From the IMG/VR virus record IMGVR_UViG_3300025084_000011, positions 1 to 64,000 of that record: a stretch of DNA of 64,000 bases. One strand, written 5' to 3'. Origin of the DNA: a virus (taxonomy: Duplodnaviria; Caudoviricetes). Below the pieces are notes generated by a model. It had not been told where the DNA came from. It saw nothing but the letters and a program-made list of their open reading frames with translations, and made no database searches. Shown here one piece after another: positions 53,396 through 62,081 of the stretch. Both the position numbers and the translations under genes were made by a program. Position 1 is the stretch's first letter. Each line of letters opens with the position of its first letter.

Positions 53396-54271
53396 ATGGC
53401 ACTTAACAGTTTCTTCACCCAAGGTACAACAGGAGAGCAGGGTCTCGTACAAGATCTCGTCGATGAGCAGATTAAAATGTTCGGCAAGAACGTGTACTAT
53501 ATCCCAAGAACGCTCGTCAAAGAAGATAGTGTCTTCGGAGAAGATACACTATCCAAGTATACAGGAGCATTTGAAGTCGAAGTATATTTGGAAGATGCTG
53601 GTGGTTTTCGTGGTGATGGCGATATCTTCGCTAAGTTTGGTGTCAGAATTCAAGACCAAGTTACCTTCATCTTATCTAAGCGACGGTTTACAGCAGCAGT
53701 AGATAATAACGCTACTCTGATTGTAGAGGGTCGTCCTAATGAAGGAGATCTGATTCACTTCCCTATGGTGGGTAAGACATTCCAGATCCAGTATGTAGAG
53801 CATGAACAACCTTTCTTCCAGTTAGGTAAGGTATACACATGGGGTTTACGTTGTGAACTCTTTGAATACAGTGATGAGGATATTGATACTGGTGTTGCAG
53901 AGATTGATGCTATTGAAGTCAATCATGCTAATGCTGTTGGTATGGTAATGGCCGAAGGCGGCACAGGTGATTATGCAGTTGGTGAGACTGTGACTGGTGC
54001 TGTTACTAATACAACCGCCGAAGTGAAGTCTTGGGATAATGCTACTAGAACTCTTATTGTTATCAATAGGAGTGGTAGATTCTCATCTGGTGAAACTATG
54101 ACAGGAGACACGAGTTCTGCTGTCTGGTCTACATATACCTATAACACTATAAATAATGTGAACTCTGAATATGACCAAAACGTCGCCATCGAAACCGATG
54201 CTGATGCCATTATAGATTTCACACAAACCAATCCATTCGGTGAGTTTGGTAATAAAGGAGGCACAATCTAA
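53396..54271 (+). CDS. gp14: Neck protein gp14
   Basis: EQIKMFGKNVYYIPR, RPNEGDLIHFP and EHEQPFFQLGK.Y.W.LRCELFEYS motifs. Confidence 0.93.
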   Translation: MALNSFFTQGTTGEQGLVQDLVDEQIKMFGKNVYYIPRTLVKEDSVFGEDTLSKYTGAFEVEVYLEDAGGFRGDGDIFAKFGVRIQDQVTFILSKRRFTAAVDNNATLIVEGRPNEGDLIHFPMVGKTFQIQYVEHEQPFFQLGKVYTWGLRCELFEYSDEDIDTGVAEIDAIEVNHANAVGMVMAEGGTGDYAVGETVTGAVTNTTAEVKSWDNATRTLIVINRSGRFSSGETMTGDTSSAVWSTYTYNTINNVNSEYDQNVAIETDADAIIDFTQTNPFGEFGNKGGTI

Positions 54272-55314
54272 TGCTAGGAACTTATTCATATCACGGTATA
54301 ATTAAAAAAACCGTGGTTGCCTTTGGCACGCTATTTAATAACATTGAGATCAGAAGATCCCAAGGATCCAAAACTGAGGTCATGAAAGTGCCTTTGGCAT
54401 ATGGACCCAAGGATAAGTTCTTAGCGCGTCTGCGTCAACTTGGTGATCTTACTACCAAGGATCAGGTACAGATTACTCTGCCTAGGATTGCATTTGAGAT
54501 TCAAGCAATCACATACGATCCAACAAGAAAGTTATCACCCACACAGTACATCAGAAATACTACTGCCGCTGGTGCTAACAACAAGGGGTTCATGCCAATC
54601 CCATATAATATTAATTTTGAATTAGCAATCCTTAGTAAGAATCAGGATGATGCTCTTCAAATCATTGAGCAAATTCTACCATTCTTTCAACCAAGTTTCA
54701 ACATCACAATGAACTTGGTACCAGAACTTGGTGAGAAGAGAGACTACCCAATTACACTGACAAGTATTGATTATGATGATCAGTATGAAGGAGACTATGA
54801 TACTCGCAGAACTCTAATTTATACCTTACAGTTTGTTGCTAAGACATTCTTGTATGGTCCTGTACAGGATAACAGTGGTGAGATTATCACAAAGGCAATT
54901 GTGGATTACGCTACCGATTCTGTCAGAACAGCACCCAGAGAGGTGCGTTACACCGCTACTCCTGCATCCACAGTTGATAGAAACTCGGACGCAACAACTA
55001 CGTTGTCGTTCGCGTGTGACGATAATGATGGAATCATCAAAGTAACGGATTCATCTGGTCTTGCTATTCATACGAATATTCAGATCGATGATGAAGTTAT
55101 GCGTATCGCTAAGATCGATGGAGAACAGGTATTCGTTACTCGTGCTTGGTTGAACTCAACGAATGCAGCACACACTAACGGATCAGCGATTCATAGGATC
55201 ACTGAGGCAGATCATGCCTTAGTTGATTCTGATGACAACTTCGGATTTAATGAACTATTCAGTGAATTTACAGATGGACTCTCACGAAACCCAACCACAG
55301 GCGCAGACGAGTAA
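54271..55314 (+). CDS. gp15: Tail completion / sheath stabiliser gp15 with an inserted C-terminal domain
   Basis: IIKKTVVAFGTLFNNI, KVPLAYGPKDKFLARL, LPRIAFE and LQIIEQILPFFQP motifs. Confidence 0.93.
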   Translation: MLGTYSYHGIIKKTVVAFGTLFNNIEIRRSQGSKTEVMKVPLAYGPKDKFLARLRQLGDLTTKDQVQITLPRIAFEIQAITYDPTRKLSPTQYIRNTTAAGANNKGFMPIPYNINFELAILSKNQDDALQIIEQILPFFQPSFNITMNLVPELGEKRDYPITLTSIDYDDQYEGDYDTRRTLIYTLQFVAKTFLYGPVQDNSGEIITKAIVDYATDSVRTAPREVRYTATPASTVDRNSDATTTLSFACDDNDGIIKVTDSSGLAIHTNIQIDDEVMRIAKIDGEQVFVTRAWLNSTNAAHTNGSAIHRITEADHALVDSDDNFGFNELFSEFTDGLSRNPTTGADE

Positions 55315-55723
55315 GTATGATGGCATTGAGGATGCTCTCGATGTCAAAACTGAAATCGTCAAAGATGCAACACCAACACCTGTTGCTGAGGTAGAAGTAA
55401 CTACTTCCACCAAAGAACAATTAAAGAAAGACTATGAGTATACTCGTGGGAATCTTTACTCTCTGATCGAGAAAGGTCAAGAGGCAGTTGATGGCATCCT
55501 TGAACTAGCACAAGAGTCAGATCAACCAAGAGCATTTGAAGTTGCTGGACAGTTGATCAAACATGTGGGTGATGTTGCTGACAAACTAATTGATCTACAA
55601 AAGAAGGTCAATGATATTGAAGCACCAACTAAAACCAAAGAGGTTACTACAACAAACAATACTATGTTTGTAGGTAGTACGGCAGATCTTGCTAAGTTTC
55701 TAAAAGCGCAGCAAGATAAATAA
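55274..55723 (+). CDS. gp16: Terminase small subunit gp16
   Basis: KDYEYTRGNLYSLIEKGQEAVDGILELAQESDQPRAFEVAGQLIK. The ATG at 55274 is preferred over the track start at 55223. Confidence 0.9.
   Translation: MDSHETQPQAQTSKYDGIEDALDVKTEIVKDATPTPVAEVEVTTSTKEQLKKDYEYTRGNLYSLIEKGQEAVDGILELAQESDQPRAFEVAGQLIKHVGDVADKLIDLQKKVNDIEAPTKTKEVTTTNNTMFVGSTADLAKFLKAQQDK
55715..55722 (+). promoter_or_regulatory. Late promoter GATAAATA
   Basis: Overlaps the gp16 stop, upstream of 55748. Confidence 0.6.
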
Positions 55724-55747
55724 TAAAAACAACCAAGTAGTATAACC

Positions 55748-56029
55748 ATGGATAGAGTTCGTGTACTGGCTACTGAGGTAACCCTCAGTGCAGCAACCAA
55801 TCTAGGTAAGGCGACCGCTGTTCGTGTTGTCAATGACACCGCCGCCACCATCGTCTTAGTTATTGATGATGGTCCTGTTGTAACTGAGCGTGGAGATGGC
55901 ACTAAGTATGTCGCTCTCGGATCTCGCAATGCCAGTATCGAGGCGGGTGGTGTTGTCTACTTGGAAAAAGATCCACTCGAAACCATCGATGGCGCTGGTC
56001 TGAAATGTACAAAAGTAGCACGTCAGTAA
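55748..56029 (+). CDS. Hypothetical beta-rich protein (93 aa)
   Basis: Intact ORF directly after a late promoter. Confidence 0.75.
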   Translation: MDRVRVLATEVTLSAATNLGKATAVRVVNDTAATIVLVIDDGPVVTERGDGTKYVALGSRNASIEAGGVVYLEKDPLETIDGAGLKCTKVARQ

Positions 56030-56030
56030 C

Positions 56031-57320
56031 ATGAATTTTTTCAAAGAAGAAGAATCAGATCGTCTCAAAGATAGACGCATGGAGCGCGGTGGTGTTGGTG
56101 GCAACCAACGTTACAACAAACCAATTAGTAACACACCAAATACCTTTGGTAAGAAAAAACCAAAGTATGATGGTATGTCTGCACTTGAAAAAGTGAAAGC
56201 AGATATCCGTGCTAAGCATGGTAAAGGTGCTATCAAAGAAGACGCCAAGATGGGTAAGCAGTCAGATGAGAAACTGGCAGCGTTGCACAAGCAAGTTAGT
56301 AGTGCAGATCAGAGTCTCCCCTCTAATCAGTTCATGTTGAAGAGAGTCACTAAGGAAATGAATCGTAGAAAGAAAGCAACTAAGACTGAGGGTTATGCCC
56401 CTGGTGATGTTGATCAGAAAGTCGGTGCTGTAACTCCTATCCCCAAGAAGGATCAGGATGATGCTCGTGCAAGAATCCTTGCTAAGGCAAAGGCTAAGCG
56501 TGCTGCACGCTTGAAGAGTGAAGGAGTGATCGTTGAAGGTAAGAAGAAGTGCGGTTCATGTAAGGGTAAAGGATGTTCTAAGTGTAAGGACAAAGGTTAC
56601 CTGGTAACCCATGATTGTTCACAAAAGATCGAACATGCTGAGTGGGGTATTGGTGAGTGTATCTCTGAGATGCATACACTAGATGAGCAGGGTAACATTA
56701 CTCACTATGATATTCTCTTTGAGCATGGTGTAGAACAGAACGTTCCTGTTGAGTTTCTAGTCACACTAGAATCTGCAATGCACGAACATGCTATCAACGA
56801 TGAGAAGAATGAGATTGTAGAGAAGAAAGGTCTGTGGGCAAACATCCACGCCAAGCGTAAGCGTGGTGAGAAACCTGCTAAGAAGGGTGATAAGGATTAT
56901 CCTGAAACTCTGAAAGTAGAAAGTGCTTTGGATGAGCGTGCTGACATGTGGCATCCAGATCCTGAGAAGGATAAGAAACTGGGTGGACCTGGTGCTAATG
57001 CTCGTGCTCGTGAAGATAGTGCTGCTAAATCTAAACCTAAGGCAGATCCTAAGAAACTGAAAGATGGTGAGTCCTACATGGACTACTCCAAGCGTCAGAA
57101 GGCAAGCAACGGTGGCAAAACTGTCAGCACTAGACACAACACCGCTGTTGGTAGATTAGCAGCGAAAGGTGCTAAGACTGGATCTGGTGCAAAACCAAAA
57201 GAGCGTAAGCGCGACAAGATTGGTAGAGCACTCGGCAATGCACTAGATCGTGTTGCTGGTATCAAGAAAGAGGGTAAGACCTACAAACAGTTCTGTATTG
57301 AGGCTAGTGATCATGGCTGA
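56031..57320 (+). CDS. Lys-rich modular protein (429 aa), candidate prohead internal/core polyprotein
   Basis: Short modules separated by [ILVM]-x-E motifs, a CGSCKGKGCSKC zinc-finger-like motif and C-terminal KTYKQFCIE. Confidence 0.7.
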   Translation: MNFFKEEESDRLKDRRMERGGVGGNQRYNKPISNTPNTFGKKKPKYDGMSALEKVKADIRAKHGKGAIKEDAKMGKQSDEKLAALHKQVSSADQSLPSNQFMLKRVTKEMNRRKKATKTEGYAPGDVDQKVGAVTPIPKKDQDDARARILAKAKAKRAARLKSEGVIVEGKKKCGSCKGKGCSKCKDKGYLVTHDCSQKIEHAEWGIGECISEMHTLDEQGNITHYDILFEHGVEQNVPVEFLVTLESAMHEHAINDEKNEIVEKKGLWANIHAKRKRGEKPAKKGDKDYPETLKVESALDERADMWHPDPEKDKKLGGPGANARAREDSAAKSKPKADPKKLKDGESYMDYSKRQKASNGGKTVSTRHNTAVGRLAAKGAKTGSGAKPKERKRDKIGRALGNALDRVAGIKKEGKTYKQFCIEASDHG

Positions 57321-57438
57321 AAAATTAGATAATGGCACATACAAGTGCCCTTATTGTGGATTGACATCCCCAAGAAACCATCAACGTCCTAAGACTTGGA
57401 TGGAAAAGCATGAAGCAAACTGCCCTAAAAGACCATGA
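57313..57438 (+). CDS. Small zinc-finger protein (41 aa; CPYC...H...C)
   Basis: ATG at 57313 is in frame with track ORF 57250..57438; YKCPYCG...HEANCP. Confidence 0.65.
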   Translation: MAEKLDNGTYKCPYCGLTSPRNHQRPKTWMEKHEANCPKRP

Positions 57439-58007
57439 TCAGTTTTAAACAATACATTTTTGAGGCAAAGAATTGCCCCGAAGGAACTAGTTACTGTAAC
57501 AAGTGTGGGTCTTGTGTTCAGAAGACCTGCGATCAAAAGAAAGCCGAGAAGGTGGTGAAAGAAGATGCTGTTGCTAATAAGAAGCAGCAACTTCAAAAGA
57601 AGCAACTGATGATTAATCGTCAGAAACTGCAACTTCAAATGAAGGCCATCACTAAGAAGGATGCTTCTCAGGACATGAGCATGAAAGAGAGTAAAGAGAA
57701 GAAGGAGAAGAAGATCCCAAAGGGATACCATCGTATGCCTGATGGATCCCTAATGAAAAACTCTGACATGAAAGAAAGTGCATGGCAGCGTAAGGAAGGT
57801 AAGAACAAAGAAGGTGGTTTGAACGAGAAAGGACGTAAGTCTTATGAACGTGAGAATCCTGGTTCTGATCTGAAAGCACCTCAACCTGGTGGTGGTCCAC
57901 GCAAGAGATCATTTTGCGCTAGGATGGGTGGGAACAAAGGTCCTATGAAAGATGAAAAAGGTCGTCCAACTCGCAAAGCATTGGCGCTAAGAAAGTGGAA
58001 ATGTTAG
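57435..58007 (+). CDS. Lys-rich modular protein (190 aa) with a DUF6321-like C-terminal module
   Basis: Starts MISFKQYIFE; ends AWQRKEGKN.EGGLNEKGRKSY...RSFCARM...RKWKC. Confidence 0.72.
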   Translation: MISFKQYIFEAKNCPEGTSYCNKCGSCVQKTCDQKKAEKVVKEDAVANKKQQLQKKQLMINRQKLQLQMKAITKKDASQDMSMKESKEKKEKKIPKGYHRMPDGSLMKNSDMKESAWQRKEGKNKEGGLNEKGRKSYERENPGSDLKAPQPGGGPRKRSFCARMGGNKGPMKDEKGRPTRKALALRKWKC

Positions 58008-58222
58008 GATTCTATATTATATTCGGTGTCATACTTTGTCTCATATGTTATGCTGGCACCGAAGAAACCATGCGTCTCTTTGCTTTTATTGATATTCATA
58101 TTAGATACAGTTTTGTTAAATTAAAATTATATTTCTTAAAGCAAAAGATAAAGCGTCAGTTAAGTAAAGATCTTGGGGACTACTCAAAACTAATTAAGGA
58201 AATTAAAGATGACCAACGATAA
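57995..58222 (+). CDS. Hypothetical membrane-anchored protein (75 aa)
   Basis: N-terminal hydrophobic helix; overlaps both neighbours. Confidence 0.6.
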   Translation: MEMLGFYIIFGVILCLICYAGTEETMRLFAFIDIHIRYSFVKLKLYFLKQKIKRQLSKDLGDYSKLIKEIKDDQR

Positions 58223-58478
58223 GGAACTGTCGGATCTCAAAATTGAGAGAAAAGAATGTCCTAAATGTGGTGCTACATGGATCAACGGTCAACACCGTTG
58301 GTCAACAGGTGCTATGGGTAGCGAACTAGACCTGGCAGGTTTGGTATGCAATAACCTAGGGGATCAAACTTGCATCAATCCCATACAAGGTATAGAGGGT
58401 GGTGATACGTGGGAAGATAGATTTGCGACTATACATAAGTTAGATAGAGAGAAGCGTGATGAATTCGAGGCTGAATAA
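58209..58478 (+). CDS. Cys-containing hypothetical protein (89 aa; ECPKCGATW...VCN...CINP)
   Basis: Intact ORF with a possible metal-binding Cys pattern. Confidence 0.72.
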   Translation: MTNDKELSDLKIERKECPKCGATWINGQHRWSTGAMGSELDLAGLVCNNLGDQTCINPIQGIEGGDTWEDRFATIHKLDREKRDEFEAE

Positions 58479-58578
58479 ACGTGTTGGTCCTCTGACACAG
58501 AAGGAGCGCGAAGAACATCAGATGCTTATGTTATCTCTTCGTGCTAGAATTCAAGAACTTCGCGAGCAAGATCAATGA
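58459..58578 (+). CDS. Small hypothetical protein (39 aa, MNSRLNKRVGPLTQKEREEH...)
   Basis: Read manually; ATGA-coupled to the next ORF. Confidence 0.5.
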   Translation: MNSRLNKRVGPLTQKEREEHQMLMLSLRARIQELREQDQ

Positions 58579-58736
58579 TGTTGCAGTTTGCTAGGTTCTG
58601 TGGAACAGTATTAAATAACCCATGGGGATGTGGACTATTGGCATGGTGCCTGGTCTTCGTTCCCATTATTGGTATGTGGGCAGTACATACTTATGGGTGG
58701 CAACATTGGGAACCATTTCATAGGAGTCACAAGTGA
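58575..58736 (+). CDS. Small Trp-rich membrane protein (53 aa, ...NNPWGCGLLAWCLVFVPIIGMWAVHTYGWQHWEPF...)
   Basis: Read manually; one TM helix; GTGA-coupled to the gnd-like ORF. Confidence 0.7.
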   Translation: MMLQFARFCGTVLNNPWGCGLLAWCLVFVPIIGMWAVHTYGWQHWEPFHRSHK

Positions 58737-59191
58737 GAGTTGGATTAGTAGGTTTGGGTAAGTTGGGTCAGAATATATGTAAGCAACTAATTGATAATGA
58801 TGTTGAAGTTTATAGTTATCACACAGACCGTCCTACACAAGATGAAGTGTATGAACAAGGCAATCTAACTGGTTACGTTACGTCATTAAAACTACTAAGA
58901 AATAAAATCAAATTTGACACAAATATACATATTAGTGTAGGTGAAAAACCAGGTCTTTATATATTAACAGATAACTCATTCGATGAGTTAGTATTACATT
59001 GCGATCCCAGTGATGTAATTATTGATTACACAGACCATAATGATGGTGTAGATAGAAAAACATACGCTGAAAAACTAGGAGTAAGTTATATCCATGGTGG
59101 TCTTTACGGTCACAAATATGCAATCCTTTCTTGTCAAAATGTCCTTAGCATTCTCTCATTAAATGGATCACGAAGAGGAACACGATTATGA
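58733..59191 (+). CDS. Truncated, degenerate 6-phosphogluconate dehydrogenase-like protein (NAD(P)-binding domain only)
   Basis: MRVGLVGLGKLG Rossmann motif, then KPGLYIL, DVIIDY and KLGVSYIHGG segments colinear with the Gnd N-domain; only 152 aa. Confidence 0.65.
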   Translation: MRVGLVGLGKLGQNICKQLIDNDVEVYSYHTDRPTQDEVYEQGNLTGYVTSLKLLRNKIKFDTNIHISVGEKPGLYILTDNSFDELVLHCDPSDVIIDYTDHNDGVDRKTYAEKLGVSYIHGGLYGHKYAILSCQNVLSILSLNGSRRGTRL

Positions 59192-59357
59192 CTATCAAGT
59201 ATCACTCAGAATAGCAGATGTATATGCCCTGCATGACTGTGTTTGCGAACGTCTTAGGATGTGGGCAGGCGGTGAAGCAATGCAGCAAGAACACTTATAT
59301 TATTTGAGAGATTCTCTCTATCGTATTATTCTAGAAGACAGGTTTGAAAATTTATGA
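59163..59357 (+). CDS. Hypothetical protein (64 aa)
   Basis: Intact ORF coupled to both neighbours. Confidence 0.7.
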   Translation: MDHEEEHDYDYQVSLRIADVYALHDCVCERLRMWAGGEAMQQEHLYYLRDSLYRIILEDRFENL

Positions 59358-59527
59358 AATTTGAATTAGATATGGATGACTACTCTATCATCCTCAATGC
59401 GCTACACTATTATAAGAAAGTAGAGAAGCGTGGCAACTTCAAACAATACAATGAAGATCGTGTCAATAAGTTGAGAGACAAGATGGCATATCAATTAATA
59501 CCCAGTGAATATTGCGAACCTGAATAA
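59354..59527 (+). CDS. Hypothetical protein (57 aa, MKFELDMDDYSIILNALHYYKK...)
   Basis: Read manually; ATGA and TAATG overlaps with its neighbours. Confidence 0.7.
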   Translation: MKFELDMDDYSIILNALHYYKKVEKRGNFKQYNEDRVNKLRDKMAYQLIPSEYCEPE

Positions 59528-59736
59528 TGAATTTATTACTACGTCCTCTTGATAATGCTAACGACCCTGTGTGGTCTGTAATCATATGTGTAATGCTTGC
59601 TGTTGCAGGTGCGTTGTTCGTAGTCATATACATACTAAGAGAAGCATTTGCGGAGTTAGAAGATGGCAGCAATGGTGCCCCCAAGCAGGAAGAGTTGTTA
59701 CAACTTCCGAGTGACGGAGATCAATCGTGTTCTTGA
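59527..59736 (+). CDS. Small membrane protein (69 aa)
   Basis: TM helix VWSVIICVMLAVAGALFVVIYIL; the 3' end overlaps the nuclease gene by 74 nt. Confidence 0.65.
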   Translation: MNLLLRPLDNANDPVWSVIICVMLAVAGALFVVIYILREAFAELEDGSNGAPKQEELLQLPSDGDQSCS

Positions 59737-60124
59737 TGGCGATACTATCGATGTCACTATTGACCTCGGGTTTGATTTATACAAGAAAGAAAGAGTTAGA
59801 GTTGCAGGCGTTGATACACCAGAGAAAAGAACGAGAAACTTAGAGGAGAAGGCTCTTGGGATCGACGCAACCAACTGGCTCAAAGCGAAACTCGAAAGCA
59901 CTTTGGCTGGTGACGATGAGTTGTCTGTTAGGACTGAACTTGTTGGTGGGACTGGGAAATATGGCCGTCTTCTGGGTTGGCTTTACATCGGGGATGCAGA
60001 TGTGTCCCTCAACGAACAAATGATTGAAGAAGGATATGCTCACGCCTATGATGGTGGCACTAAGGATATGAATCTAGAAAAACTGAAAGAGATTCGTAGA
60101 GCACACGGTACGTTGGTGGAATGA
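59663..60124 (+). CDS. Staphylococcal nuclease (SNase/thermonuclease)-like protein
   Basis: RVLDGDTIDV, RVRVAGVDTPE, GKYGRLLGWLY and NEQMIEEGYA motifs. Confidence 0.88.
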   Translation: MAAMVPPSRKSCYNFRVTEINRVLDGDTIDVTIDLGFDLYKKERVRVAGVDTPEKRTRNLEEKALGIDATNWLKAKLESTLAGDDELSVRTELVGGTGKYGRLLGWLYIGDADVSLNEQMIEEGYAHAYDGGTKDMNLEKLKEIRRAHGTLVE

Positions 60125-60125
60125 A

Positions 60126-61772
60126 ATGAGCGATCAGATCTATCTTGGCAATCCTAATCTAAAAAAAGCAAATGTCTCTCAGGCATTTACACCAGATCAG
60201 GTTGAAGAGTATGTAAAGTGTAGTAAAGATCCTGTATATTTTATCAAAGAATATATCAAGATCATCTCACTTGACAAAGGTCTGATCCCCTTTACCATGT
60301 ATGACTTCCAGGAGGACATGACCAGGAAGTTCCATGCTGAACGATTTAATATTGCAAAACTACCACGGCAGTCAGGTAAGTCTACCATCGTTACCTCATA
60401 CCTGCTGTGGTATGTGCTGTTTAATGATAATGTGAATGTGGCGATCCTTGCTAACAAAGCAGCGACTGCTCGTGAGATGCTACAACGATTACAACTAAGT
60501 TATGAAAACCTCCCCAAATGGATGCAGCAAGGTATCTCCCAGTGGAATAGGGGGAGTCTGGAATTGGAGAACGGATCTAAAATTATGGCTGCTTCTACTT
60601 CGGCTAGCGCCGTTAGGGGCATGTCTTTTAATGTCATTTTTCTGGACGAATTCGCGTTTATTCCGAACCACATTGCTGATCAGTTCTTTTCATCTGTCTA
60701 TCCTACTATATCTTCTGGTAAAAGCACAAAGGTAATTATCATCTCTACCCCACACGGGATGAATATGTTCTACAAACTCTGGCATGATGCTGAGAGGGGT
60801 AAGAATGAATACACAACCACAGAAGTTCACTGGTCAGAAGTTCCAGGAAGAGATGATCACTGGAAAGAACAAACGATTAAGAACACATCGGAAGAACAGT
60901 TCCGAGTTGAGTTTGAATGTGAGTTCCTAGGATCTGTTGATACACTTATCTCTGCTTCTAAACTTCGTACCATGGTGTACGATGAACCTATCCAGAGAAA
61001 CAAAGGTTTAGATATATTTGAAGCAGCGCAAGAAGAACATCAATATGTAATTACAGTTGACGTAGCGCGTGGAGTAAGTAAAGATTACTCAGCATTTACG
61101 ATCATCGATACTACCACAATACCATATAAGATGGTAGGTAAGTATAGAAATAATACTATTAAACCTTTATTGTTCCCAAACATCATACATCAGGTTGCGA
61201 CAGCATACAACCACGCCTACGTGCTCTGTGAGGTGAATGATATTGGTGGGCAGGTAGCAGACATTTTACAGTTTGATTTAGAGTATGATAACTTACTGAT
61301 GTGTGCCATGAGAGGTAGAGCAGGTCAGGTAGTTGGTCAGGGATTCTCTGGGAACAAGACACAGATGGGTGTCAAGATGTCTACCACAGTTAAGAAGACA
61401 GGATGCTCTAACCTCAAAGCACTGATTGAAGATGATAAACTATTACTATCAGATTATGATGTCATTGCTGAGTTGACTACTTTCATTCAGAAAGGTCAAG
61501 CATGGGAAGCAGAAGATGGATGTAATGATGACCTCGCTATGTGCCTGGTGATGTTCTCATGGTTAGCAACATCAGACTATTTCAGAGAGTTGCATGACAA
61601 TGACGTGCGTCATAGAATGTACATGGAGCAGAAGGAAGCGATCGAAGCAGACATGGCACCATTCGGATTCATTGATGATGGGACTGAACCAGAATCATTT
61701 GTAGACAACCAAGGTGATAGGTGGCATGTTGATGAGTATGGTGATATGGCATACATGTGGGATTATAGATGA
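60126..61772 (+). CDS. gp17: Terminase large subunit gp17
   Basis: Walker A PRQSGKST, Walker B IFLDEFAF, and nuclease motifs TVDVARG and NDDLAM. Confidence 0.96.
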   Translation: MSDQIYLGNPNLKKANVSQAFTPDQVEEYVKCSKDPVYFIKEYIKIISLDKGLIPFTMYDFQEDMTRKFHAERFNIAKLPRQSGKSTIVTSYLLWYVLFNDNVNVAILANKAATAREMLQRLQLSYENLPKWMQQGISQWNRGSLELENGSKIMAASTSASAVRGMSFNVIFLDEFAFIPNHIADQFFSSVYPTISSGKSTKVIIISTPHGMNMFYKLWHDAERGKNEYTTTEVHWSEVPGRDDHWKEQTIKNTSEEQFRVEFECEFLGSVDTLISASKLRTMVYDEPIQRNKGLDIFEAAQEEHQYVITVDVARGVSKDYSAFTIIDTTTIPYKMVGKYRNNTIKPLLFPNIIHQVATAYNHAYVLCEVNDIGGQVADILQFDLEYDNLLMCAMRGRAGQVVGQGFSGNKTQMGVKMSTTVKKTGCSNLKALIEDDKLLLSDYDVIAELTTFIQKGQAWEAEDGCNDDLAMCLVMFSWLATSDYFRELHDNDVRHRMYMEQKEAIEADMAPFGFIDDGTEPESFVDNQGDRWHVDEYGDMAYMWDYR

Positions 61773-61993
61773 ACCTAGAAGATGAGTTTGAACTAGAACA
61801 TCTATTACTAACTCAAAGACGTTGTAGAGTATGTGGCAAGACGAAAGATCTTCTTGATGGTTTTTATCTAACACGAAAGGATAGAGGTAACATTCCTAGT
61901 GCGTATGCATATGAATGTAAGGAGTGTACTATAAGAAGAGTATCTAAATCAAGAATTACAGATAGTACAAAGTACGAATACCCTGACTGGTAG
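61769..61993 (+). CDS. Zinc-finger protein (74 aa; RCRVCG...YECKEC)
   Basis: Two CxxC pairs; ATGA-coupled to gp17. Confidence 0.75.
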   Translation: MNLEDEFELEHLLLTQRRCRVCGKTKDLLDGFYLTRKDRGNIPSAYAYECKECTIRRVSKSRITDSTKYEYPDW

Positions 61994-62034
61994 TAGGTTC
62001 ACGTCCGAGTTCCCCAGTGAAAAGGTGCATTATT

Positions 62035-62041
62035 CTAAATA
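62035..62041 (+). promoter_or_regulatory. Late promoter CTAAATA
   Basis: Upstream of gp18, whose CAGGAG RBS follows. Confidence 0.7.
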
Positions 62042-62081
62042 ATAATAGCATCCATTGAACTTCACAGGAGAACCAAGCAAG

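Noticed and set aside
54148-54155. TATAAATA inside gp14 as a late promoter for gp15
   Set aside because: An exact consensus, but intragenic and about 115 nt upstream of gp15. It cannot be distinguished from chance without TSS data.
55223-55273. Track start at 55223 for gp16
   Set aside because: A non-ATG start deep inside gp15; ATG 55274 gives a more typical length.
60126-61772. Possible intron, intein or homing endonuclease in terminase or other core genes
   Set aside because: gp17, gp13-16, gp25 and gp8 are uninterrupted and of ordinary size, with no splicing or LAGLIDADG/HNH/GIY-YIG motifs noticed.
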